A DNA stretch of 64,000 nt, from contig RHPI01002910.1 of assembly GCA_009103225.1 (NCBI GenBank), positions 62,001 through 126,000 on the forward strand. The letters run 5' to 3'. Under the pieces are notes generated by a model. That model was not told where the DNA came from and searched no databases. It saw nothing but the letters and a program-made list of their open reading frames with translations. The stretch comes from Chlorokybus atmophyticus. Lineage: Eukaryota > Plantae > Mesostigma and Chlorokybus algae. Position 1 is the first letter of the stretch; each line of letters begins with the position of its first letter. This document shows, piece after piece, positions 25,949 through 37,870 of the stretch. The translations under genes were made by a program, and so were the position numbers.

Positions 25949-26182
25949 GGGCAAAAAAATGCCCGCCCCCCCGCGTCGCGGCCGTTCTGCACATGCGCGA
26001 CGCAATGTCCGTATGTAACAATTCATTGCATTTTAATGTTGGCAATACGCCCCGCCGCTCCCGGGCCTGCAGCGCGCGCCGCGGTGACCCCGCGGCCCGC
26101 GCATTGTGCCGTTGCAACGGCACGATGGCGGCTGTTTGAAAAGTTGTGACAGCCGCCAGCGCCGTATATAATAAACGGCGCT
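25949..26182. repeat. Array of six closely spaced inverted repeats (stem-loops)
   Basis: GGGCA/TGCCC 25949-25964; GCGTCGCG/CGCGACGC 25973-26003; GCCGCGG/CCGCGGC 26078-26096; perfect 18-bp palindrome GTGCCGTTGCAACGGCAC 26106-26123; GGCGGCTGT/ACAGCCGCC 26127-26157; AGCGCCGT/ACGGCGCT 26158-26182. Confidence 0.85.
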
Positions 26183-26376
26183 GCGCAGCAGTGACAGCGA
26201 CAGATACTGCGGCGGCGGCGGCGGCGGCGGTGTCCCTCTCAGCGGCAGGGAGGAAGTGGCAACAGCTCACAGCCCTCCTACCCTCCAGGCAGCCCCGGCA
26301 GGTTGGTTGTGCTGTGCTGTGTTGCCTGCCGGCCTCTCTCTCTCTCCCCCGCCTCCCCCCCTCTCTTCCCCCCCCC

Positions 26377-27040
26377 NNNNNNNNNNNNNNNNNNNNNNNN
26401 NNNNNNNNNNNNNNNNNNNNNNNNNNNNNNNNNNNNNNNNNNNNNNNNNNNNNNNNNNNNNNNNNNNNNNNNNNNNNNNNNNNNNNNNNNNNNNNNNNNN
26501 NNNNNNNNNNNNNNNNNNNNNNNNNNNNNNNNNNNNNNNNNNNNNNNNNNNNNNNNNNNNNNNNNNNNNNNNNNNNNNNNNNNNNNNNNNNNNNNNNNNN
26601 NNNNNNNNNNNNNNNNNNNNNNNNNNNNNNNNNNNNNNNNNNNNNNNNNNNNNNNNNNNNNNNNNNNNNNNNNNNNNNNNNNNNNNNNNNNNNNNNNNNN
26701 NNNNNNNNNNNNNNNNNNNNNNNNNNNNNNNNNNNNNNNNNNNNNNNNNNNNNNNNNNNNNNNNNNNNNNNNNNNNNNNNNNNNNNNNNNNNNNNNNNNN
26801 NNNNNNNNNNNNNNNNNNNNNNNNNNNNNNNNNNNNNNNNNNNNNNNNNNNNNNNNNNNNNNNNNNNNNNNNNNNNNNNNNNNNNNNNNNNNNNNNNNNN
26901 NNNNNNNNNNNNNNNNNNNNNNNNNNNNNNNNNNNNNNNNNNNNNNNNNNNNNNNNNNNNNNNNNNNNNNNNNNNNNNNNNNNNNNNNNNNNNNNNNNNN
27001 NNNNNNNNNNNNNNNNNNNNNNNNNNNNNNNNNNNNNNNN
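26377..27040. other. Assembly gap (N run)
   Basis: Run of N after a C/CT-rich tract. Confidence 1.
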
Positions 27041-27308
27041 CTTGCAGGCGCCCGCCCAGCGGCCAAGCCAGGCAGCGACGCAGCCCCTCCTCCAGCCCAC
27101 ACAGGTGTGTGTTTCTGCTGTTGTTATGTGTTGCTGCTGCTGTTGATGACATGTGTTGAAGTCAGTGCATGTCGTGGTTGTGGTTGTGGTTGTGTGCATG
27201 TGTTGTGTGTGTGAAGTCAGCCGTCTGTGCATGCGTGTGCGTGAGAAGTAGTAGGCGGAGAAGTTGTGTGCGCATCTCTCTCTCTCATATTGATGTCATC
27301 GCTTGCAG

Positions 27309-27947
27309 ATGCATGTGACTCTGGAAGACATCTTCGGTTCAGACAGTGACGACGATACACCCTCACCCCCACCACCACCCCCGCCACCACCACCCGCACG
27401 GAAGTTATGCACGCTGAGCTGATTGCAAGGATGCACATAGTTGAGTGCAACGATGAACATAGACAGGACCTGTTGACTCACGCATGTTCGGTTGCAGGTA
27501 CATCGCAAAGTTGACGAGAGCAGTTATGACGTCGTGTTCACAAAAAAAGAGCAGTACAAAGCACGCTGCCAAGCATTAGATGTTGCCCTCGCGCATGCCA
27601 AGTCTCAGTTGCATTTCTCACAAAAGCGAGTCACTGAATTAGAGGATGAATGCTGAGTAATGCGCAGAGAGTTAGCAGTCAAATCGGTCAAGCACGCAAG
27701 TGAGCATTGCATGAATGGGTTGTTGCGCACATTTCACACAAAGAGCCGCTTTGCAGTCGTCATCAAGAAAGAGATGCTCGATGAATATTGGCATTTGCAG
27801 CGATTGGCAAAGCAGGCAAATGAGTGTGAGGTAGACGCATCGAAGCATACGAGGGTGTGTTGGATGGCTTTGCTAGACAATTGCCGTTTTGGAGACAATT
27901 GTAGAAACTTGCATCCCAAAGAGAGGGATGAACGAGCAAATTGTTGA
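27309..27947 (+). pseudogene. Helitron accessory ORF: Pro/acidic N-terminus, coiled-coil-like segment, C-terminal CCCH zinc finger
   Basis: MHVTLEDIFGSDSDDDTPSPPPPPP, then VHRKVDESS...KRVTELEDEC*VMRRELAVK...CWMALLDNCRFGDNCRNLH (C-x7-C-x5-C-x3-H, 27858-27914). In-frame TGA at 27654-27656, probably from CGA. Confidence 0.6.
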
Positions 27948-28108
27948 TACAAATGGGCGGGGTTGTTATACTTGAGATGTACTTGATAGATGTAGGTATG
28001 TATGTATCCATGTCTACTTGGAGTGTAATTGATTCATGTATTATGCGGTTGTGATATCTAATACCCTTTGTATATTACAGGATCCATTGTGAGTGGAGTC
28101 GTGTACAC

Positions 28109-31100
28109 ATGGACGATCCTGGCCCCTCCAATACGGACAGAGAGGCTGCACGGCGAGCACGCGCAGCTGCTTTACAACGTGCTAGGAGGGCAGCAATGTC
28201 GCCGGCTACGAAGCAACGAGCGGCCGCGGCAGCAGCACAAAGAACGCGTGATTGGCGAGCAGCTCAGACGGATTCACAAAGACAGCAAAGGCAAGAAGCG
28301 CAAGCTGCACGTAGACGTGAGCAGCGGCAAAAACAAGTTGAAGAGCGTCGACAACATCCTCAAGGCACAAAGCGACAACAACAGCATGTCGAGCATGAAC
28401 AATGCATGGCAGACGAAATTCATCTCAAACAACAGGAAGAACAACGGCAACAACATGAAATAGACTTGCAACAGCAGCAAAGCCAGGCAGCAGGCATCGC
28501 GGCGTTGCGTGCGCAAGAAACGCCGAACACGGCGAGTAGGCGTCAGGAAGCCAATCGGACAACCACTGCAGCACATCGCGAGAATATGACTCCAAATACA
28601 CGAAGGATACGAAGAGCATTAGCGACGGAAAATATGAGGCAAACGCGTGTCCGAACACCTGCGTCACACGGCTGTGCTAGGAAAGACGATTTTCACGACT
28701 TTAGTTTACCCCCCTCGCGACGTAATAACATCGGCGAACGGGCTGAGTGTCCACACTGCCACGCTGCCGTTTGGAAAGCAGAAAAGGCGACAGGTGGCTA
28801 CGCTTTATGCTGCATGGTTGATAAAGTGGACCTTGCGTCGCATTTCCCTCCCGACGAGCCATTTCCGGAGCCATTGCGCTCATTGATGCTCGGGACGTAT
28901 CGAAACAACGCGCACTTCTTACAGAATATCCGCAAATACAATGGCAACCTGTCCATGGCCTCAACAAAATACACTGTACAACGGATGCATATGATTTATG
29001 CTTCCGTATACGTTCGTGCTATTAACTGCATTATTGCTTACTTGCAGGTACCTGCTCATGCAAACGTCAGAGGTGGCCCGCAAATGTTTACAGTGGAAGG
29101 CATGTTGTTTCATCAAGTGGGTCCTTTGCAACCGCGAGAAGGAGCGCAGCCAAAATCGGCACAGCTTTACATTATTGACCCAGCGGATGCAATCGAGAGG
29201 CGCGCTCTTGCATTAGCTGGCAATATCGACACAACTACTGCACAAGGCCGCCGCAATCGCAACACCAACTATAAGCCTGAGTTGATGAACGAGCTTCATC
29301 ATATGTTTCAGACACACAACCGCTTCGTGAAAGAGTTTGTCACTTTCATGGAGACATCCGAAAGCGAGGTGGAGGCGTATCAACTGGTGATTCGCGCTGA
29401 TGGCGAATGCGACAAGCGGCGTTACAACGCTCCAACAGCAAACGAAAGTCTGGCGGCATTCGTGCCTGGTGGTGGTGAGGCGGTGCGGGGTCCGCGAGAG
29501 ATCTTGATTAGACGCCGGGTATGCGTCAACCTTGCACTGATCCATGTATGATATGTCGCAGCGGCAGAACTAATGTGATGATGTTGGTTGGAAGGAGGCC
29601 TCAACCGCGTCAGTGACCTTAATGCGGCATACGACCCTCTGCACTTCATCATGTTCTATCCATATGAGCAATCTGGATGGCATGCCAATATCACACAAAG
29701 GTGTCATCGCGGACAATGCAGCAATAACATCGCGCGCGCATGCAACGGAGTACGATATATGTGAAGACAACAATGACGAGGAAGGGCCAGCCACTGGTGT
29801 TAAACACAACCGTGTCACTGCGCGCGAGTACGCGGCATACATGATGCAGGTATGCGGAGTGACGTATGATGCTGACAACACCATTGCGCATGCTTATAAT
29901 TATGAGTTGCAACACAGGATCGTGATCCTGAATACTCCAGTGCGATGTTTACACGAGGCAAAAAGCTGACAGAAGAGTTCATAGTGGCTTCGTGGTGTAA
30001 GGTCGAGTCGCAGCGTTTTGATTGGGTGCGACGCAATCAAAAAACCATACGAGCGGAGCTGTACAAAAGTATGTGTGATGTATTACAATTGTCCACATTT
30101 TAAAGGTGGGAATGCTGACTAATGAATGCTAACAGGTTTGGTTGATGCCGTTGCGGACGATGATAATCAAGCGGCGGGGGAGATTGGGCAGCGCATTGTG
30201 CTGCCGTCGTCTGATATAGGCACCCCGCGACATATGACACAGCTGTATCAGGATGCTATGGCAATTGTGTGAAAGATGGGCACACCTAACCTGTTTATTA
30301 CATTTACCTGCAACCCCAATTGGACGGAAATCAAAGATGCGCTCCTCTCCAACCAAACGGCGTCTGATCGACCGGATATCGTCGCGCGTGTATTCCACCT
30401 CAAGCTTCAAGAGCTCAAAGAGGATCTCATGAAAAATCAGATATTCGGCAAGCTGACCGGCATGATTTACACAATCGAGTGGCAAAAAAGGTACATTATT
30501 GTTCCGTGTGTTCGCGCCACGTGCCAGATTGCCGTATCATTACTCGAAAAAATGCGTAGCTCACACGTTTGCAACAACAGGGGGCTACCGCACGTGCACA
30601 TATTGGCTATATTGACGCCGGATGACAAGCCCAAAACGGTTGACGACTACGACCGTATTGTGTGCGCGGAGTTGCTCGATAAAGATAAGGACCCAGAACT
30701 GTATCAGATCATTACAAGCAGCATGGTACTTGGACCGTGCGGCGAGCGCAATAAAAACAGCCCGTGTATGAGCGAAGACAAGAAGACTTGCACAAAAAGA
30801 TACCCGAAACAGTGGCAACTAATTACGACAGACAGCACAGGCTCATATCCGGTGTACCGACGTCGTCCAGACGGACGCACTTTTGATAAAAAGGTTGGGC
30901 AAGACATGGTTGCCATGGACAATCGCGATGTCGTTCCGTATAATCAAATGCTCTCATTGAAGTACAACGCGCACATCAATGTCGAGGCCTGCTCTTCCGT
31001 GTCTTCCGTGAAGTACCTATACAAATACGTGTACAAGGGTCACGACCGAGCCATTTATAAGCTCCAGCGAGCTAATGCGCAAGTTAATGCGGAGGAAAAT

Positions 31101-33841
31101 GCTGCAAACCAGATAGGTGTTGATGAGTGCAGCACATTTTTAGAGGGACGCTATGTATCCTCCAGTGAAGCCGCATGGCGGTTGCTGCGGTTTGAGATCC
31201 ACCGTGAGGTACCGAAGGTCGAGCGCTTGCCAGTTCATTTACCGGATCAGCAAACCGTGTATTACAATGACAGAGAGAGAGCGCGCAACGTAATAATCAG
31301 ACACAAAGGAAACAAGCTCACCGGTTGGATGGAGTTCAATCGTCAACTTGAGTTGCAATGGCGGCTCGACCTGCAAGCCAACCCCGACACACCCAAGCCC
31401 GAGGCGTTGGATCTGTTGTATCAAGACTTCCCCCGCATTGCGAGGTTTCCGAATGCCGCGACGGGATGGCAAATTTACAAAAACAACATGCAATTTCCGG
31501 CTGTTGGGCGCATGCATTACGTGAAGAGCAATGCGGGGGAGAAGTTTTATCTACGGATGCTGTTGCACAATGTGCCTGGCGCGTGCAGTTGGGAGCATCT
31601 GCGCACGACATATGATAGCCCTGTTCCCGCTGTGCACGAGACATTCGAAGAGGCGTGCATGGCACGAGGGTTGCTGCAAGCAGACAACGAGTGAGAGCTT
31701 GCCATCCAAGAAGCATCGTTGGTCAGTCGGTGTTCACAATGCACATGCAAATGTGTACATATTGGAACTTAATACTGACGAATGCGTGTGTGTCGCAGCA
31801 TCAGTCAGGATGGCAACTTCGTGCAATGTTTGCTGTGATATTGCTGTTCGAAGAAGTGCACGACCCGAAAGCAATATGGGATAAGTTCTTGCAATTTTTT
31901 ACGGACGACATCATGCACAGGCGCCTCGTGGTACATGCGCGATTCAAATGCCGTTCTGATATCCTACAACATTACGATAATAATGCGTGTGCATGCACGC
32001 AGGAGAATCCCGAAGCCCGGCTTGATCAGAATGTCATTGATCAAGCTTTGCATGATCTTTCGCCCCAATTGATGACTCACGGAAAGAGTTTGAGCGACTT
32101 CAACTTGCCATTACCACAATCCGATCTAATGAACAACGACTCGCCTTTGGTGCAAGAGGAGTTGGGACACGATGTTGACGCCATGCAACAAGCCGAGCAA
32201 GACAATGTTCCCCTATTCAACGCGCAGCAACGAGCGATATATGATCAGGTTGTAGCGGCGATCGCCAACGACACCCCCGCCGATCGCGCATTTTTTTTTT
32301 ATGGTTTGGGAGGCACTGGCAAGACATTTGTGTATAATACATTATTGTCGCATGTGAGGAGGCGGTCGCAGATTGCGCTCGCCGTCGCCTCTTCCGGTAT
32401 TGCGGCTCTGTACTGAAAGGTAACGTTTACAGCAATGATGACATGCACGCAACACACAAGTTAACCCTATATCATACCCATGTTTGCACAGGTGGCAGAA
32501 CAGCTCACTCGCGCTTAAAGATACCCGTTGCAGGACTCAGTGGGGATTCGACGTGCAACATCTCGCGAGGGTCTTCTCTGGCCAAGCTGATCGTTGCTAC
32601 CAAGCTCATTGTATGGGATGAGGCGCCCATGATGAACAAGCACTGCTTCGAAGCGGTGGACAAAACTCTCCGAGACATTATGAGCACAGAGCACCAAGAG
32701 GCTGAGAAATTGCTATTTGGTGGCAAGGTCGTCGTGTTGGGAGGCGACTTCAGGCAAATCCTGCCTGTTGTGCCTCGCGGCACACGCAGCGACATTGTCG
32801 AAGCCAGCCTCAAGTGCTCCGAAATGTGGCCGCGGATTAAAGTAATGAAGCTGCACATCAACATGCGAGTGCAGACAATGCGAGCAGCTGGTGAGAACGG
32901 CGACGCACAGCATGCTTTCTCCGATTACTTGCAGGGTATTGGTGATGGCATTGAGCCACAACACCTCCGACTTGGAGAAGAGATGGTGCGCGTGCCCGCG
33001 GACATGTGCTGCACGGCTGACAGCATTGAAGGGCTCATTGATGACATCTATGGCGACCTGCATCAACACAGAACCCCCGAAGCCGTGACTGATTATGTCA
33101 TCGAGAGAGCTATCCTCACCCCCAAGAATGTAGCAGTGGACGAGATCAATGCTCGCATGATGGCAAAATTTCACCCAGGTACAATAAACACAATGTGATA
33201 ATGATGTCATTCAAGCCTGCGTGACCATAAATTGGACCTAACATACTGAAGGCCAATATGAATGTGCAGAGTTGGCGGAGGTGGTGTATCGCAGTGCAAA
33301 CTCAGTGGCAGATGACGAGCAGGTTGACAATTATCTGATCGAGTACCTGAATAGCATTATGGTGTCCGGATTGCCCCCTCATGAGATAAGACTTAAGGTC
33401 GGGAGCCCGATCATGCTACTGCGTAACATGACTGGTGGCCTCGCCAACGGCACCCGTCTCATCCGCAAGACACTGGGGCAGCGTGTTATTGATGCGCAAG
33501 TGGCTACGAGACCAGCCAAAGGAGAACGAGTGTTCATCCCCCGCCTCACTATTACCCCTTCCGATGTCGAGCGCATGCCGTTCACGTTAAGACGACGGCA
33601 GTTCCCGATCAGACCAGCATTTGCAATGACGATTAACAAGTCTCAAGGCCAGACACTTCGCAAGGTGGGCCTGTATCTGCCCGAGCATGTCTTCACACAT
33701 GGCCAATTGTACGTGGCCATGTCACGCGTTGGCAGCCGCGCAGGCGTGCGCGTGCTCGCGTTGAGCAACCAACAAGAGGAGGAAGGACAGCGCGTCGTGT
33801 ACACAAAGAATGTTGTGTATAGAGAAGTTTTCGACCGATAG
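28109..33841 (+). pseudogene. Helitron Rep/PIF1 helicase (RepHel), multi-exon, with premature stops
   Basis: Zn motif CPHCHAAVW...LCC. Rep motifs TFTCNPNW, EWQKR|GLPHVHIL, YLYKYVYKGHD. PIF1 motifs [63 protein letters not shown]. Stops TGA 30270-30272 and 31692-31694. Confidence 0.95.
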
Positions 33842-33984
33842 TATGAACATTGTATGCTGTGCTGCATGTACGTCTGATTTAGCCATAAACATTGTTATGA
33901 TTGTTGTGATGCATTGTGTCGATGTATCAATGGTCATGCTCATGAACATGAAATAAATACGACATGCCACGGGTCCCACACACT

Positions 33985-34810
33985 AGTATATATATACATA
34001 CATGTATATACATACATATACATATATATATATGTATGTATATATATACATATATACAAATATATATATATACATATGTATATATATATATGTATGTATA
34101 TGTATGTATATATACATACATATACATACATATATATATGTATGTATATATACATACATGTATATGTATATACATACATATACATTCATATATATATGTA
34201 TGTATATGTATGTATATACATAAACATACATATATATACATATATATATGTGTGTATATATATACATATATACAAATATATATATGTATATATACATACA
34301 TATATATATATGTATATATATATACATACATATATATATGTATGTATATATACATANNNNNNNNNNNNNNNNNNNNNNNNNNNNNNNNNNNNNNNNNNNN
34401 NNNNNNNNNNNNNNNNNNNNNNNNNNNNNNNNNNNNNNNNNNNNNNNNNNNNNNNNNNNNNNNNNNNNNNNNNNNNNNNNNNNNNNNNNNNNNNNNNNNN
34501 NNNNNNNNNNNNNNNNNNNNNNNNNNNNNNNNNNNNNNNNNNNNNNNNNNNNNNNNNNNNNNNNNNNNNNNNNNNNNNNNNNNNNNNNNNNNNNNNNNNN
34601 NNNNNNNNNNNNNNNNNNNNNNNNNNNNNNNNNNNNNNNNNNNNNNNNNNNNNNNNNNNNNNNNNNNNNNNTATATATATATATATATATTACATACATT
34701 ATAAGGATATATGTAAGTCTCATAATCACAACAGTATTACTATGTACAAACAATGCGGGGCGTGCTTGCTCGTGCATCGTGTCATGCATATGTGTATATA
34801 TATACATATA
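33985..34810. repeat. (TA)n/(TATG)n compound microsatellite containing an N gap (34357-34670)
   Basis: Direct inspection; explains the YIYI-type ORF artefacts. Confidence 0.97.
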
Positions 34811-36010
34811 ATACGGATATATGATTATGGTAGCATGTATATATGTATGTACACATTAGTGCTCATTCATGCATCCATTCGCCTTTATTCGCCTATATTT
34901 GAGAACTTTCAAATACTATGGTGTACTTCTGACGGCCAAGATGTATTTTTGAAATTGATCCAACAGTAGTAGCTTATCACTCGCCGCCAGTCAACTGCAG
35001 TCGCCGGCTGGCGTTACACTGTTGCACTATGTTGCCGTGTAGCGTGACGCGCGCGGGCATGACTTAGACGATCAACCAAAACGTGATCCTGCCGTTGCCG
35101 TTAGAAGCAGGGGGCAAACGGAACTTGCAGTAACCATCACTACTGGTTCCTTGCATGCGCAAGTAAGCACACTTCCAACAGGATTATAGGAAAGCCTATA
35201 CACTACTTGCTGGCTTGGCTTGCTGAATGGAAGGCGCACCGATTCGCTTGACAGACAGGCTAGTTATCAACTTATGAAGAAATATATGTTGGTTTATCGC
35301 AAGCTACTTCTAGCAAACATACTAGTATGCGGGTTGCCCAGAGGCTCAAGCATGTGAGTATATCAATGCATCGCACATATTTACACGTGCATGGGGTATA
35401 CTTTGAAGACTATTTTGAAACAACACGGGCCCAGGATACAAGCAACCACATAAAAAGGTTACAACAAGGTTACAACATGATGATAATGATAGACATGCAA
35501 TCACATACACAACAACGCACACCTTCGCCTACACATCAACTACCCCACCTACGGAATGCATGTCTACTTTACACAAGGCTCTTGTAGTATCCTATCATTA
35601 GGAGTTCGTTGCCAAGCTTGGCACGCGGCTAAATTGATAAACACAGTCTGCAGCAACAACTGCCTTGGAACGCCAACCACTGAGTAGTTGGCGCAGCGGC
35701 ACCGCCTGTACATAGCTAACTACACACACCTCTAGCCTAAACAACTGGTCAATCCTGTCTTGTTCTGGCACTAGCTATATACACGCTCAAAGTACTGCTG
35801 TCAACCACTCTGGCCGAGTGCTAATGGTACAGACAGAGTGTGGGAGTGAGGCGCGTGAGTGTCGCATGAAATCGCCCATTTGAAGCAGAACCCCAGCGCA
35901 GACATGGCTCCGACGGACCTCACCCGCAATAATCAAACAAAGGTAAATACTGCAACTCAACGGCCATGTCAATCACCTATTACTACTTTCTCAGCCAGCC
36001 GTGCAGGTTG

Positions 36011-37870
36011 TCACCCACTTGCACGCTTACTGTTGACGCGAGCAGAGAGCTGTCTGGGTGACAAGCTCAAGCTGTTGCAACGGTAATTGGGATCCTGGGT
36101 GTCGAGGCTGGTGCGCCTGCGTTTAATGAGCTGACCGGTGCGGGCGTCACCTCCATCAAAGTCGTTGTCGTCCTCATCCTCGCACTCAGAGTGCTCCGCG
36201 TAGCGCTTTGCTATTGCGGCTGCACGAGTGGCTCGCGGTGTCAACTGGGACTTCTTGTCGCTGCTGCAGCCCAAGTTATTGCTGTTATTGTCGTTGCAGC
36301 CAACATTGGCAAAGCTGTGGGTTCCTAAAAACTGCAAAAACAAGGGTGGGTCAATTTTCGAAGGGCGACCATAACAAGACAACATTATGCCAAGAAACCA
36401 CGCCAAATTACGTCGCAGCATGTTAGATGGCAGCTCACATGAGGCCAGCAGATCCATCCATGGTTGCGATAAGTGCGATACGGGACGCTGGGGATATCTG
36501 AGGGCCTCTGGCCACTCTTGCTCCACTGGTAGTAGTCTATAATGGTGTTGAGACCCAGTCGCGAAACATATGCCTGCGCCTCTTCAAACGAACGATAGCG
36601 GAGAGAGCGGGCGCGCTTGCCCTTCTCCGTGCCTAAAAAGTCCGGCCACGACAGCCACCCGCGACCCCTGTACAAAACAACTGATAAGGTACCATATGCA
36701 AAGCTGGTGTCACTGATCAATTAAGCAACGCCAGCTCTTCAGTGCAGCGTTCCAAATGCCGCTGAGTCAGCAGCAAACACAGTGCCCAGTTGAGCGCAGT
36801 GCCGTGGCAAGCGTACCTGTAAACCATGTCAGGTTGTGATGGGATGTCTGCTGGGCGTGATCCACCTTTGCTCCACTCGCGGTAGTCACGCTGAATCTTT
36901 AACCGGAGGCCCCAGACATAGGACCGTGCAGCAGTAAATGAGCGATACCGACCTCCACGTTGCTGCATCTGCACATAGAAGCATGACCTCTTTGTTTTTT
37001 GCAGTAGTACGCAATAAACCGTGCCTAAAGAGTTTGGAAGTTTACCCGCTGGCCAAAGGAAAACTCCTGATCTGTAGTCTCCGCTTCAGAGGCATCAGCA
37101 TCATGAAAGGATTTGAAGATGTGTTTGTTGCTTGCCTCCAGCAGCGCCACATTCTGGACAGCATGGAAGTTAGACCCTAGACTCGCAAAGGTGCGTAACA
37201 CTGCTACCCAACTGCGCAGCCTTATACCAACCAACCAACCTGCTGGTCCAGGAATTGATTGACTTCAATGTGACAAGCACCACCTTCATCCAGTGCCTGC
37301 AATACCCAGCATCAGGTGCCACGAAGCCAGACAGTGCGTGGCAATGTTGAATGTGCGTCATGGACTGCAAGACAGAATGAGCGTCTATCTGGTTGCCAAG
37401 CATCAGCATGTACACACCAGTGTTGGAAGGCTTGTGCGTTTCCGTGGAGGCAACAAAGCCTGGACGTCAAAGGTTCCAATCCCAAGAAAGCTGTCCCATG
37501 ATTCCCAGCCCTGGCCTTGGTACACCACTTCAGGCTGCGAACATGCCTCATTGGTGAGCTTGTTAATGTCAGTTGATGCCACGTGGCGCATACACTGTAT
37601 GTCACTCGTTGGCAGCAGCGCTACAGAGCGCACATACTTGGCTAGGCAAATCTGCGGGGCATTCCGGCGTGCAGGACCATTCTCTGTACGCTTGAGGGGT
37701 TGGCAACCGCAGGTGCGCAACGTGCTCTTTGGCACCCTCATATGACCGCCAGTTCAAGTTCAGGCCACCCTGAGCAGAGCGCATCAGCATATCTTGGTGC
37801 ATCTCACATAAGAGTTCACAAGGGGGAACAACAACTCACCTTGTACTCAGCTTTCCTGCCCTGACTGTCG
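36011..37870 (-). CDS. Multi-exon protein with three phage-integrase-type repeat units (INT_rpt-like); N-terminal exons probably extend to at least ~38900
   Basis: Repeat 1: WRSYEGAKEHVAHLRLPTPQAYREWSCTPECPADLPSQ|PEVVYQGQGWESWDSFLG. Repeat 2: YRSFTAARSYVWGLRLKIQRDYREWSKGGSRPADIPSQPDMVY|RGRGWLSWPDFLG. Repeat 3: YRSFEEAQAYVSRLGLNTIIDYYQWSKSGQRPSDIPSVPYRTYRNHGWICWPH|FLG. GT-AG introns are phase-compatible; stop at 36011. Confidence 0.8.

Larger units (their letters stand above)
25688..35067 (+). mobile_element. Canonical-type Helitron (ends approximate)
   Basis: Internal Rep/PIF1 gene. Candidate 3' end: GC hairpin CCGTGTAGCGTGACGCGCGCGG (35035-35056) followed by CTTAG (35063-35067). Candidate 5' end TATACTATTAAC near 25688. 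Neither end is a perfect TC...CTRR, so boundaries are tentative. Confidence 0.75.

Noticed and set aside
25914-27232. Long ORFs (270-410 aa) in all six frames
   Set aside because: They are open only because they run through the N gap 26377-27040.
33914-34969. YIYIHIY-rich ORFs
   Set aside because: Translations of a TA/TATG microsatellite plus N gap.
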